Part shown: positions 1 through 10,007 of the stretch, piece after piece
Layout of the letters: the number at the start of each line of letters is the position of its first letter
Numbering within the stretch: the stretch's first letter is position 1
Source: a virus
IMG/VR virus record: IMGVR_UViG_3300034198_012226
Span: 22,482-86,481 of that record
DNA length: 64,000 nucleotides
Strand: one strand, 5' to 3'
Notes under the pieces: generated by a model
What the model saw: only the letters and a program-made list of their open reading frames with translations
The model's database searches: none
What the model was told of the DNA's origin: nothing
Made by a program: the position numbers and the translations under genes

Positions 1-2427
1 GATGGCACTGCCGTCGATCACACGATCCGCACCGATGGTAGCGCCGACATCTCGTTCGAGTGGGCCTGGGCGGGTAACGAAGGCGACATCGACGGCTTCC
101 TGGTGTACGTGTTCCAGCGGTCGGCAACGGGGGCATACACCTTCGGCACGACCCCGGCTGAAGAAACCGTCTTCACCGTCCCGGCCAACAAGCGTGCGTT
201 CATCCTGACTGGCGCAGCGGCCAACCTGTACACCACCTTCGGCGTGCAGGCGTATCGCTCGGTGGACAAGGACGTGAATGCTGCGGGCGTTATCAAGTCC
301 ACCCTGGTGAAGCCCTCGCTGGTGGCTGAAAACCCGTACCAGCCCTCATCCAGTGTAGCTTTCGCTGGCAACGTCACCGGCACCATCAACGGCACCGCCG
401 TCGCCACCGTGGTGTCCAACGCCTCTGCCGGTAAGACGGCCAACGACGCCCTGCCTGCCATGAACACGGCGATCACCGGCAAGCTGGCCAAGAACGCCAA
501 CGACACCATCACCGGCCAGATCGCCTTGCAGTCCCAGTACGCCCTCCTGGTCGGCACGGCCAACGACGGCATCTTTTATGGCTCCACCGGCATGTACGGC
601 CGCAAGGGTGGCGTCACCCAGTTAAGCATTGGAGCGGACGGCACGGCCTACTTCGGCGGCACGCTCGGTGCGAACATTGTTGATGCAGGCAACATCAAGG
701 CCGGAGCTGTCCGTGCGTCGCACTTGATCATCCAGGGTGACGTGACGAACCTTATCCGCGATCCGCGTTTTGAAGACCCGAACTGGTGGAGTCTGCCAGG
801 CCACAACTACGGTCGTGGCGACTGGAGTACCACGCAGACAACCGCCTGGAAGGACAACTGCTCGCTGTATCTGTACAGCACCGGCAACCAGGTCAGGGAG
901 TTCTGGACGAAAGAGATGATGATCGAGCCAGGCGCTGAGTATTATTTCGAGTATCAGATCAGTTTTTCCGGCGACTTCGATGGTGATGTGGCGATTCACT
1001 GGTACATGCCGATGGTGTCCTGGTACAACTTCGGCGTGCCGAGTTCGGGCTATGTCTTCTCGGACAATTCTTCGGAGATTCACTACCCGAGCAACAGCCG
1101 TGGCTTCAAGCAAGTCACTGGCAGCGTGTATATTCCAGCCGACCCACGCCTGGTCAAGAGCGCCATCCGTGTGCGCTTCCGCGTCAACACCGGCTCCTTT
1201 GAACTCGGCGGCTTCCGCATCATTCGCAAGCAGGAAACCGTTACGATCCGCGACGGCGTCATCACGGCTTCCAAGATGAACCTGCCATGGGGCGGCTACA
1301 TCAACTCGGGCCAGTGGGGCTTCGACGCGGGTGACGGCTTCTGGCTGCAAGGTGGTGACGACCCTCGCTTCAGTATCGGCGCAGGCAACGCTCGCCTGAC
1401 GTTCCAGAAATCGACCGGCGTGCTCAAGATGCGGGGCGCGATTGAAGGTTCGTCTATCCGCACTTCGGCCTTGGGCATCGAATCGGCGCGCATGATCACC
1501 GACTGGAACATGACAGCTCCGTTCGTTATCTTCGACACCGCAGGCAGCTACAACGCCAACGCGACCAGCAAGACGGTCACGCTGACGGACATCTGCGGCC
1601 CTGCCTACACCGGGGTCGGCTATCACTCCAAGCGCCTTGCCAGCTTCCGTAAGGACATCTTCATCAAGGTTACGGTCAACGGCGACTTCGGGTGGGAGAA
1701 CGTGTACATCGACGTTGAGTACCACAAAAACGGTGGGTGGAATAACATCGCCAGCACCAGTGCAGACTTCAACTACCGAGCAGGAGTCACCATCGTCGTG
1801 CGTTACACCCCATGGTTCGCCGGTTGGGACTGGATTGCATTCCGAGCACGCACCAGCCAGGGACGCACCTACTCGATCACCATGGAAATCCAGGTATTCA
1901 ACTTCAACGAAACGACGTTCAGCGAAAACACCTGCTCCGGCATCAATGGTAGCGACGCAACCTACACGCCACCGCCGCCGACTGAGCGTGAGCCATACTG
2001 CGTGGACTTTGAGACCGCACGCTTCCCGGATGGCACTTATGTTCGTGATGTCCTGGTGGACGACATGGTCGAATGCTGGAACGAAGACCCGATCAATCCA
2101 GCCACCGAATACGCAGCAGCACTGCGGGTTCGCTTCGGTCATGAGGAGAGTTACCGTATCCGCAGCGAGAGCGGAGCCGAGCTGCTGCAATCGAAGTCCA
2201 CCCCGATGACCCTGCGCGACGGCAGGATGATCTACACCCCGGCGCTCCTGGGTGAGGAAATCCTTGTCAAGCGTGGCAATGACTTCGCATGGGAGCGCGT
2301 CGTTACCCTTGAAAACATCGGCGTCCGCAAGGTCGTCAAGCTGTCTCTCGGCGACCGCACGTTCTTCGCAGGTACCGATCCGGAAGCAACCATTGCAACG
2401 CACAACATCCAGCAGATGAAGCCATGA
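1..2427 (+). CDS. Tail fibre/host-specificity protein (5'-truncated) with C-terminal Hint (intein-like) domain
   Basis: Frame is open from base 1. Fibre-like G/T/A/N-rich sequence, 'IRDGVITASKM'-type repeats and a carbohydrate-binding-like segment. After a PPPP linker, residues YC(1999)...THN(2406) form a Hint domain. Confidence 0.8.
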   Translation, partial: DGTAVDHTIRTDGSADISFEWAWAGNEGDIDGFLVYVFQRSATGAYTFGTTPAEETVFTVPANKRAFILTGAAANLYTTFGVQAYRSVDKDVNAAGVIKSTLVKPSLVAENPYQPSSSVAFAGNVTGTINGTAVATVVSNASAGKTANDALPAMNTAITGKLAKNANDTITGQIALQSQYALLVGTANDGIFYGSTGMYGRKGGVTQLSIGADGTAYFGGTLGANIVDAGNIKAGAVRASHLIIQGDVTNLIRDPRFEDPNWWSLPGHNYGRGDWSTTQTTAWKDNCSLYLYSTGNQVREFWTKEMMIEPGAEYYFEYQISFSGDFDGDVAIHWYMPMVSWYNFGVPSSGYVFSDNSSEIHYPSNSRGFKQVTGSVYIPADPRLVKSAIRVRFRVNTGSFELGGFRIIRKQETVTIRDGVITASKMNLPWGGYINSGQWGFDAGDGFWLQGGDDPRFSIGAGNARLTFQKSTGVLKMRGAIEGSSIRTSALGIESARMITDWNMTAPFVIFDTAGSYNANATSKTVTLTDICGPAYTGVGYHSKRLASFRKDIFIKVTVNGDFGWENVYIDVEYHKNGGWNNIASTSADFNYRAGVTIVVRYTPWFAGWDWIAFRARTSQGRTYSITMEIQVFNFNETTFSENTCSGINGSDATYTPPPPTEREPYCVDFETARFPDGTYVRDVLVDDMVECWNEDPINPATEYAAALRVRFGHEESYRIRSESGAELLQSKSTPMTLRDGRMIYTPALLGEEILVKRGNDFAWERVVTLENIGVRKVVKLSLGDRTFFAGTDPEATIATHNIQQMKP

Positions 2428-3137
2428 TGAATGAATTGATGCAACTTATGAGCGGGGGAGCGCCGCTCCCCGAGATGGTTCCAACCGTCATCCCGGAGTA
2501 CGTTCCCCCTCCACACGGTATCAGGGAATTTCCGGTGTCCAGGCAGTTCTGCGAGGTAGAGCGGACGACTCGAAACGTGCTGACCACATTCATGCAGGCG
2601 AGCACTCCCGAGGACACCGACGACACGTACTTCGTGGCCACCGACCCGCCACTTGACCTGGACGCCACGCCACGTAGGCGTATGACCCAGGTTTTGCGCC
2701 ACATCGGCGGCACTGAAGTCGGGTGGGAGGAGACCTTGACCCTGGGGCAGATGATCGAGGCGGCTGTGGCCGAGACCTACGTCGATGTCGATAAGGTCTA
2801 CACCGACGCCGTTGGGAACCGCACCATGGAGTACACCATCGCCGAAGCCGAGGCCAGGGCCTACCTGGCGGCTGAAGTGAAGCCGGAGTCCGTGTCGTCG
2901 TTTATAGAGGGGCCTGCCCTCAGCAACCCGACCGGCGAGGTGCAGAGCTACGAGTGGGCCAGCCAGCAGATCGTGGAGCGGGCTGATGCCCTGAAATGGG
3001 CAGTGGGACGTTTGCGGGAAGTAAGGATGGCCAGGCAGAAAGACATGCGGGCGGCTACCAGTGAGATGGAGCTTGCCATGGCCGTCGCCACCTGGATGGA
3101 TTTCATCAGGTGGATCAGAGGGGTGTTGGGAATCTGA
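2424..3137 (+). CDS. Tail fibre assembly-like protein
   Basis: ATGA overlap with the fibre gene; C-terminal half resembles phage tail assembly chaperones (EY..AEAEARAY...A..I). Confidence 0.55.
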   Translation: MMNELMQLMSGGAPLPEMVPTVIPEYVPPPHGIREFPVSRQFCEVERTTRNVLTTFMQASTPEDTDDTYFVATDPPLDLDATPRRRMTQVLRHIGGTEVGWEETLTLGQMIEAAVAETYVDVDKVYTDAVGNRTMEYTIAEAEARAYLAAEVKPESVSSFIEGPALSNPTGEVQSYEWASQQIVERADALKWAVGRLREVRMARQKDMRAATSEMELAMAVATWMDFIRWIRGVLGI

Positions 3138-3220
3138 GACTGCACTCAGTGTAGGCAGGAGAAGGTGGCGCGAACTGATGACTTGAAGTAATATTGGCCA
3201 AAGTCAACAAGGAGTTCACC

Positions 3221-3712
3221 ATGGCAAAGTTTCGCGCCGCCTTCTACAAAGGTATCAGGCCAGGCATCGCTGGCATCTACAGTCACGCCGTCCAGAAGTG
3301 GGAGCGCGGCGAATACAGTCACGTCGAGCTGGTCTTCTCGGATGGGATGTCGGCCTCGGCATCGTTCACCGACAAGGGCGTCCGGTTCAAGCAGATCGAC
3401 TACACCAAGGTCGAGGACTGGGACTTCATCGAGCTGCCGGCCGAATTGGAAGCCGGTGCCCGCCAATGGTTCGTGGATCACGACGGCGAGAAGTACGACC
3501 TCCAGGGGAACTTCCACTTGCTGATCGGCTTCATCCCCGAGGATCGCAACCGCAAGTTCTGTTCCGAGGCCGCTGGCTACGCCCTGGGCTTCCCTGAAGC
3601 CTGGCGCTTCGGCCCGAACTGCCTGGCAGCTATCCTGCGCAACCCCAACCTGCGCGCCGTCATGCTCGGTGCGAAGGATCAAACCTTTGGAATCCCATGG
3701 CAGCACGGCTAA
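3221..3712 (+). CDS. Permuted papain-like (NlpC/P60-related) tail-associated protein
   Basis: AAGGAG RBS before ATG 3221; YSHVELVF followed by KYD and KFCSE (His before Cys, i.e. permuted order). Confidence 0.65.
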   Translation: MAKFRAAFYKGIRPGIAGIYSHAVQKWERGEYSHVELVFSDGMSASASFTDKGVRFKQIDYTKVEDWDFIELPAELEAGARQWFVDHDGEKYDLQGNFHLLIGFIPEDRNRKFCSEAAGYALGFPEAWRFGPNCLAAILRNPNLRAVMLGAKDQTFGIPWQHG

Positions 3713-6147
3713 GAATTGTCGCCAAGAATCTGGCGAAAAGCGCCAGCATCGTGGCCACCAGCGAGGTGGGCAACATGCTCGCCTCGAACCTGAAGAAGCC
3801 CTCCAAGAACTCGGTCTGGCGTGCCTCGGGCAAGCTGGCCACCTTGACCCTGTCCTGGGGGGCCGCTGTCGTCCTGAGCGCCCTGGCACTGCCACACTGC
3901 AACCTGTCGCCGACCGCACAGATGCGCGTGCGCGCCACGACCGAGGTCTCGACCACCAACCTACTGCCCAACAGCGACGGGCCGGTCTGGACTTCGCCAG
4001 CGTTCGGTGGCGTCGGCGACGCCCCAGGCTTCGGCTATTTCGCCCAGTCGATCCAGTTCCCGTCTACCAAGAGCGTTGACCTGTACCTGTACAGGAACGC
4101 CACTATCGCGGTCGGAACTTCGGCCACCTTCTCCTGCTTCGTGAAAATGGACGACGGCACCGCGCCGGTCGTTGGCTACAGCAACACCACGGGCGATTTC
4201 CGCATCGTGGTGGCCAACTCCGCGATCACCAGCAGCACGCTGGTCACGATCCAGAACCTGGGCGGCGGTGTCTACAGGGTCACCGGAACCCTGGCCAGCG
4301 GTAACGGCGCAAGTTCCAACTTCGGCATCGTCACCTATGCAACCCAGAGCGGCAAGGCTTTCCGCGTCACCGGCTACCAACTCGAATACGGCACGGTGGC
4401 CACGAGCTACTACCCGTCGAATGACACCTTCACGTCACGCTCGGGCAACGCCACCTATATCGGCGACGATGGCCTGATCAAGACCGCTGCAACCGGCGTG
4501 GCCCGTATGCAGTACGCACCGTTCGACATGGCAGCGCCGCCGCACCTGTTGCTGGAGGATGCTGCCTCGAACTTCACGCGAGGCTCTGCCACCTTGACCA
4601 CCGCGCACTCCTGGACGCACAGCGGCGTGACAGTCGCTGCCGCGACCGGCAAGTTCTATCGTGGCCTCCAGTACCAGAAGATCAGCAAGACCACGACGGC
4701 GGCAGCACAGTCGGCCCGCAGCAATGCGGTGACCACCTCCGCTGGTGCCACGCTGACCTCGTCGTTCGCCATCCGAGCCGACGCTGCGACCAGCGCGGAC
4801 TTCGGCCAATACGACAACACTGCTGCCACCTTCGGCACCGCCGCAGAGAGCATCGCTGCCATCGTTGAAGGCCCCGGCACCATCACGACCGTCCAGGCTG
4901 GTCTGTTCCGGATCAGCGGCCTGTCGGCGACCGAGGACACCATCGTCCAATGCACCAGCTTCTACCCAGTGAACTCCTCGGTCACCCTGAACATCTACCC
5001 AGGCAGCAGCGTCTCGGTGTCGGCTACCGACTCCGTCCTGGTGACCCGTGTGCAGACCGAGTACGGTGCCAAGTTCGATGGCACCGACCTGGTCACCAAC
5101 GGTGCATTCACCACAGACTTGACCGGCTGGACGCTGACGCAGCCTACTGGCGGCACGGTGACCTGGAGTTCGGGTACGGCCTCCCTGGTCAGCGACGGCG
5201 TCGGTATCCCGATCATCGACCGCAGCATTACAACCGTGGCGAACCGGACGTACACCTTGACCTTCTCGTCCACGACGAGTGCGCTCCAGGCATCGGTCGG
5301 CACCACGGCGCGTGCGACGAACCTGGCGAACTTGGCCAACTCCATCGTCGGCAACAACACGCTGACCTTCACGGCCACCGGCACCACGACCTATCTGTCG
5401 TTCCGCAAACCGGCAGCGGGTACCTCTGTCCTGGACAACGTCGTGGTCAAGGCTCACGCCCTGGTGCCGTTCGTGACCTCATACATCGCCACGACGACGG
5501 CCACCGGCACCAGGAACCGTGACGCGCATACCACAGCCCTGGGCACCCGTCCCGAGGGCTACATGGACACCTGGCAGAACTACGGAGTGGACACCGGCTG
5601 GCAGACGGCGTGCGCTGCCCCTGGCATCACCCCGGAAGGTATGGACGACATCGTGGGTGCCAGCGCCTACGCCTACGGTGGAGGCAACACGGCGCGGGCA
5701 TGGTTCCCGCCAGTGGCGGTGAAGGGCGTGTCGGTTTCGATCAGCGATCCGGACAACGTGCAGGGTTATGTGGAAGCGGCGATGCTGGTGGTGGGGGAAT
5801 ATTGGTCTCCGGCCAGGAATCCGTCGTGGGGGAACGGCCTCACTCCGATTGATCGGAGCAAGAACACGGTGACGGAAGGCGGGACACTGAAGTCTGACCG
5901 GAGAACACGGTCGAAGAAGTTGTCCGTGAACTTGAACAACATGGAGGAGGCTGATCGGTCGTACATGGCTGACCTGCTGCTGCGGTGTGGCATCACCGAG
6001 CCGATCTTCTTCTGCCTGTTCCCCGAGTCGGACGACCCGAAGCTGGAGCAGCACTACACGATCATGGGCAAGGTTTCCACCTTGTCAGCAATGACGATGC
6101 CTTATTGGAATGCTGCCAACTCACCACTTGAGCTGGAGCAAGTCTGA
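3697..6147 (+). CDS. Virion tail protein with inserted carbohydrate-binding/spike-like modules
   Basis: 816 aa, Thr/Ala-rich beta modules; FTSRSGNATY..DG.I.TAA.GVAR...LLLE motif typical of phage spike/fibre proteins. Confidence 0.7.
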   Translation: MAARLRIVAKNLAKSASIVATSEVGNMLASNLKKPSKNSVWRASGKLATLTLSWGAAVVLSALALPHCNLSPTAQMRVRATTEVSTTNLLPNSDGPVWTSPAFGGVGDAPGFGYFAQSIQFPSTKSVDLYLYRNATIAVGTSATFSCFVKMDDGTAPVVGYSNTTGDFRIVVANSAITSSTLVTIQNLGGGVYRVTGTLASGNGASSNFGIVTYATQSGKAFRVTGYQLEYGTVATSYYPSNDTFTSRSGNATYIGDDGLIKTAATGVARMQYAPFDMAAPPHLLLEDAASNFTRGSATLTTAHSWTHSGVTVAAATGKFYRGLQYQKISKTTTAAAQSARSNAVTTSAGATLTSSFAIRADAATSADFGQYDNTAATFGTAAESIAAIVEGPGTITTVQAGLFRISGLSATEDTIVQCTSFYPVNSSVTLNIYPGSSVSVSATDSVLVTRVQTEYGAKFDGTDLVTNGAFTTDLTGWTLTQPTGGTVTWSSGTASLVSDGVGIPIIDRSITTVANRTYTLTFSSTTSALQASVGTTARATNLANLANSIVGNNTLTFTATGTTTYLSFRKPAAGTSVLDNVVVKAHALVPFVTSYIATTTATGTRNRDAHTTALGTRPEGYMDTWQNYGVDTGWQTACAAPGITPEGMDDIVGASAYAYGGGNTARAWFPPVAVKGVSVSISDPDNVQGYVEAAMLVVGEYWSPARNPSWGNGLTPIDRSKNTVTEGGTLKSDRRTRSKKLSVNLNNMEEADRSYMADLLLRCGITEPIFFCLFPESDDPKLEQHYTIMGKVSTLSAMTMPYWNAANSPLELEQV

Positions 6148-6168
6148 CCCTAAAGTCAGTGTAGTCAG

Positions 6169-6190
6169 GAGGCCCTTCGGGGCCTTTTTT
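6169..6190 (+). terminator. Rho-independent terminator
   Basis: GAGGCCC-TTCG-GGGCCTT hairpin followed by a T run. Confidence 0.85.
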
Positions 6191-6191
6191 G

Positions 6192-6220
6192 TTGCTTGTA
6201 GGAACTCGCCGATATACAAT
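6192..6220 (+). promoter_or_regulatory. Sigma70-like promoter for lysis genes
   Basis: TTGCTT-N17-TACAAT upstream of ATG 6246. Confidence 0.55.
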
Positions 6221-6245
6221 TGCCGCAAATCAACGGACAATATCT

Positions 6246-6572
6246 ATGGACATTCAACCGCCAGACGGTACTTCAATTTGGACACTGGGTGCTGGTGCGG
6301 CGGGGGCATTGCTCTACCTGCGCAAGTTCCTCAGCCGACAGGGTGTGGACATCAAAAAAGACAGCGCAGAGGCCAATCTTATCCAGACGCTCCAGGAGGA
6401 GCGGGATAAGGCAATGGCAGCGGCTGAGAAGGCTTGGGAGACTCGTGCCGAGGACGCCAAGCTGATCGGCGAGCTGACCAGTGAGGTGCGCGCATTACGG
6501 GCACAAGTCGCGGAAATGCGCGCTGTCATGGAACGGATCACAAATGCAAACCAAGCTACTCCAGCCGCGTGA
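6246..6572 (+). CDS. Holin- or spanin-like membrane protein
   Basis: N-terminal hydrophobic helix plus coiled coil, directly upstream of the endolysin. Confidence 0.55.
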   Translation: MDIQPPDGTSIWTLGAGAAGALLYLRKFLSRQGVDIKKDSAEANLIQTLQEERDKAMAAAEKAWETRAEDAKLIGELTSEVRALRAQVAEMRAVMERITNANQATPAA

Positions 6573-7122
6573 CCTGGTAGCCGCAGCCTTCGAGCTGGAG
6601 TGCGAAGTCGCCGCCATCCAGGCGGTCTGCGAGGTCGAGGCACCTCGCGGCGGCTTCGCCAACGGCGTCTGCCTGACCCTATTCGAGGGTCACATCTTCC
6701 ACAAGTACACGAAGGGCCGCTTCGCCGAGAAGTACCCGACGATCTCGTACAAGTCCTGGACAACGCAGCACTACGGGAAGACCCCGGCCAAAGAGCGTGA
6801 GCGACTTGCCCTGGCCATGACCCTGGACATGAACGCCGCTTTGATGAGCGCCTCCTGGGGCAAGTTCCAGATCATGGGCTTCAACTTCGCCCTGTGCGGC
6901 TACACCAATGTGGTGGACTTCGTCCGAGACATGGAGTTCTCGGAAGACGCACAGCTCGACGCCTTTGTCGAGTACATCAAGAACGTGGGCTTGGCCGACG
7001 AGTTGCAGGAGCACCGCTGGCACGACTTCGCCAGGAAGTACAACGGGCCGGAGTACATGAAGAACAAGTACGCCGACAAGCTGGAAGCGGCCTACAAAAA
7101 GCACCTTGCCTCGGGGATATAA
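6544..7122 (+). CDS. Endolysin, N-acetylmuramidase (DUF3380-type)
   Basis: AV.EVE, LFEGHIF, SASWGKFQIMGFN and FARKYNGP motifs. Confidence 0.9.
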   Translation: MQTKLLQPRDLVAAAFELECEVAAIQAVCEVEAPRGGFANGVCLTLFEGHIFHKYTKGRFAEKYPTISYKSWTTQHYGKTPAKERERLALAMTLDMNAALMSASWGKFQIMGFNFALCGYTNVVDFVRDMEFSEDAQLDAFVEYIKNVGLADELQEHRWHDFARKYNGPEYMKNKYADKLEAAYKKHLASGI

Positions 7123-7123
7123 C

Positions 7124-7153
7124 TTTACGGCAGGAAACTCGTCAGCTTATAAT
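7124..7153 (+). promoter_or_regulatory. Sigma70-like promoter with GGAAACTCGTC in the spacer
   Basis: TTTACG-N18-TATAAT. Confidence 0.5.
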
Positions 7154-7178
7154 CAGGAAATACTTGACGGGTAACAAC

Positions 7179-7523
7179 ATGCCAGCAGCCCCACTCGACC
7201 TGGAAGTCGATCAGTTCGCCGCCTTCCGGAAGACCTCTTTCTACCTCGACGCCGACCGCCAGCCCATCGACATGACGGGCTGGACTGGTCACATGCAGAT
7301 CAGGACGCCAACCGGCGAACTGGTCTACGACCTGTCCACGGCCACCGGCACCATCTCCCTCGGCGCGGACGGCGCTGTCAAGCTGTCGATCCCGGCCGTT
7401 GACACCGCCAAGTTCAAGTTCGTGAAGGCCGAGTACGACCTGGTCGTGACGCCGCCGTCGCAACCGCCCTACCGCCTGCTCGTGGGTGAGGTGACCTTGT
7501 CCAGGGGCGTGACCCGGCCATGA
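7179..7523 (+). CDS. Virion structural protein (BppU-like Ig fold)
   Basis: PIDMTGWTGHMQIR...YDLVV...RLLVGEV pattern common in tail/baseplate proteins. Confidence 0.6.
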   Translation: MPAAPLDLEVDQFAAFRKTSFYLDADRQPIDMTGWTGHMQIRTPTGELVYDLSTATGTISLGADGAVKLSIPAVDTAKFKFVKAEYDLVVTPPSQPPYRLLVGEVTLSRGVTRP

Positions 7524-8038
7524 CCGACTGCAACCACATCATCGAAGTCGTCCAGGAGCAGATCGGCACCGTTGTCGATGTCCAGGATCGCACGCTGGTC
7601 GATGTCCAGGAGGTCACCTACATCATCGCCGACGCGAAGATGGGGCCTCCGGGGCCGCAGGGCCTGCCTGGCAATTCGTCGGGCCTGTTCGTGGCCAAGG
7701 CCGCTGCCAACCTGTCTGGGCACCGCGTTGTGCTGCTCAACGCCGACCGGAAGCTGGAGTACGGAAGCTGCGACCAGGAGGCCGACATGGACAGGATCAT
7801 CGGCGTCACCAATGCCGCTGCCGAGGCCAACATGGACTGCCCTGTCGTCTCCAGCGGCGAGATGGTCGAGAACACCTGGGCATGGGATGTCACCTTGCCC
7901 GTGTACCTGGGCACGAACGGCACCTTGACGCAAGTTCCTCCGGAAGCGCCGGGTGCCAAGTTCTGCATGGTGGTGGGGTTCCCGATCTCCAGCACCTCGA
8001 TTTTCATCAAACCTCGGGAACCCATCCTCATCTCTTAA
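7520..8038 (+). CDS. Virion structural protein
   Basis: Short collagen-like GPPGPQG; VYLGTNGTLTQ motif. Confidence 0.6.
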   Translation: MTDCNHIIEVVQEQIGTVVDVQDRTLVDVQEVTYIIADAKMGPPGPQGLPGNSSGLFVAKAAANLSGHRVVLLNADRKLEYGSCDQEADMDRIIGVTNAAAEANMDCPVVSSGEMVENTWAWDVTLPVYLGTNGTLTQVPPEAPGAKFCMVVGFPISSTSIFIKPREPILIS

Positions 8039-8050
8039 AGGTAAAGCACC

Positions 8051-8659
8051 ATGGCAAACTCGGTAACAAAATTCCTGAAGCAAGCAGGAGGCCGTTTGGC
8101 CGAAGTCTTCGCTGTCGTCTCGTCGGCGGGTGCCGCTGACGCCGACAAAATCCCGGCGCTGAACGGCTCGGGCGTACTCGATCCAACCCTGCTGAACGCC
8201 AAAGCGTCTTCGGCTGGCGCAGGCGATGCCAACAAGGTGGTCATGCTCGGCGCTGACGGCAAGATCGACTCGACCATGTTCAACGCCTCGGGCAACTCGA
8301 ACTCGAAGGATATGACGACCTCGGAAGCCCTGTCCGCTGGCAACTGGGTCAACATCCACGACGTGAGCGGTTCCGCTCGCGTGCGCAAGGCCGATGCAGC
8401 CTCGCCAGGCAAGCCGGTGATGGGCTACGTCCTTGCCGCTGCGGCCTCCGGTGCTACCGTCAAAGTGTACTTCGAGGGCGAGAACACTGGCGTGTCCGGC
8501 ATGACCGCTGGCGACGTGTACCTGTCGGCGACTACACCGGGTGCAGGCCAGGCAGAATCGCCAACCGGCGTGGGCGTCCTGAGCCAGTTCATCGGCGTCG
8601 CCACCTCGGCCACCTCGGTCAACTACCAGCCAGGCCCTGTGGTCGTGCAGGCAGGCTGA
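8051..8659 (+). CDS. Virion decoration/fibre protein
   Basis: Duplicated SSAGA.DA.K motif; VRKADA and VYLS.TTPG motifs. Confidence 0.6.
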   Translation: MANSVTKFLKQAGGRLAEVFAVVSSAGAADADKIPALNGSGVLDPTLLNAKASSAGAGDANKVVMLGADGKIDSTMFNASGNSNSKDMTTSEALSAGNWVNIHDVSGSARVRKADAASPGKPVMGYVLAAAASGATVKVYFEGENTGVSGMTAGDVYLSATTPGAGQAESPTGVGVLSQFIGVATSATSVNYQPGPVVVQAG

Positions 8660-8661
8660 TC

Positions 8662-9048
8662 ATGAGCGCCCCTAGCCTGAAGGTGACCGAGTACCGGAGC
8701 CACGCTGACAGCCCGCTCACGACCTTGTCCATCGAGCCGGGGGCGGTTGTCGTCACCATGTTGTTTGACCAGCCGAACTCCCACACTCGGCTGCACAGCC
8801 ACACGTTCGACCACTGGATGGAGGTCGTGAGCGGCACCGTCCTCATCGAGCTGGATGGTGTGCGCAGCATCAGGCGTGCGGGGGAGCGTTACCTGGTCGA
8901 GGCCCACAAACGCCACAGCGTGGTTCCCTTGTCCCTTGACGCCCTTGTCCGCTGCGTACACGAGAACCCTCAAGTCCATCCAGACAACGTAGACCCTCAC
9001 CTCGGCGTCCCGTATGAATGGGTCGGACGCCTGACCGAGATCGAATAA
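8662..9048 (+). CDS. Cupin-fold protein
   Basis: HSHTFDH...V.SG...H cupin metal motif. Confidence 0.65.
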   Translation: MSAPSLKVTEYRSHADSPLTTLSIEPGAVVVTMLFDQPNSHTRLHSHTFDHWMEVVSGTVLIELDGVRSIRRAGERYLVEAHKRHSVVPLSLDALVRCVHENPQVHPDNVDPHLGVPYEWVGRLTEIE

Positions 9049-10007
9049 TGCAACGCGCAAACTTTGTAGAAGAAACAGCAGTCTCCATTGCCGGAACCAA
9101 CGGCAATGGCGATGTCACGCTGACGCCGGTTTATGGCTACCCGTCGATTGAACGAGCACTCGGCACCGGCACCGTGTTCATCCCCTACGTCATCGAAGAC
9201 ACCTACAACTTCAAGATGGAGAGCGGGCTTGGCAAGGTGGTCGGGGGTGTGCTCACGCGCCTGAAGCCGCAGACCACCTGGGACGCCGCGACCGACACCT
9301 ACAACAACTTTGCACCAGCTCCCCTGGAGTTCGGCAGCAATCCCGAACCTGGCAGCATCCGGGTGCGTATCGCTCTCACGGCAGAAAACTCCCCGCCGCT
9401 GCACCCCGGCATGGTCAACGCTGGACTCAGCACCGAAGCCTGGAACCAGTACCCTATCAGCCCGCACCTCGGCGCGCAAACCGGCAGTGGTGCAGGTGTC
9501 AGTTCAAGTCCCGGTACGGAGTTCCACACCTACTACAGGCTGGACTACGGCGGCAGGCTCACGGGCTTGCAGATCGACCTGACCGGGAGCTATGCCAACT
9601 CGATCATCCGGCTGGCAGTGTATGACATCGGGCCTGATGCCTTGCCTTCCCGGAAGCTGGCACAAACGCACAACATCGACGCGAGCACTACCGGCCTGCG
9701 GACGCTGAACGATCCGAGCTTGTGGGTGCATGGTCAGAACGTATTCCTGAACCCAGGCTGGTACACCGTCATGTATCAGACGAGCTACGGTATCTCCGTG
9801 CGCGGACTCCTGAACGGCAACTCGGCGGGCACTGGCCCTAGCCCTCTCGGCCGTACCGGGCCTAGCTACGCGGGTTACAAGACGACCTTGACCAACTTCA
9901 GGTCGAACGGTGCTGCCTGGGAGGAGCTTCCGGCAGAGTTCGTTCCGGGTGCCATGGGCATCATGGGTGCGCAGATTGCTTGGGTAGGTATGAGGGTACA
10001 ACCATGA
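9048..10007 (+). CDS. Putative virion structural protein
   Basis: ANFVEET N-terminus and IRLAVYD motif; lies in the structural cluster. Confidence 0.55.
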   Translation: MQRANFVEETAVSIAGTNGNGDVTLTPVYGYPSIERALGTGTVFIPYVIEDTYNFKMESGLGKVVGGVLTRLKPQTTWDAATDTYNNFAPAPLEFGSNPEPGSIRVRIALTAENSPPLHPGMVNAGLSTEAWNQYPISPHLGAQTGSGAGVSSSPGTEFHTYYRLDYGGRLTGLQIDLTGSYANSIIRLAVYDIGPDALPSRKLAQTHNIDASTTGLRTLNDPSLWVHGQNVFLNPGWYTVMYQTSYGISVRGLLNGNSAGTGPSPLGRTGPSYAGYKTTLTNFRSNGAAWEELPAEFVPGAMGIMGAQIAWVGMRVQP

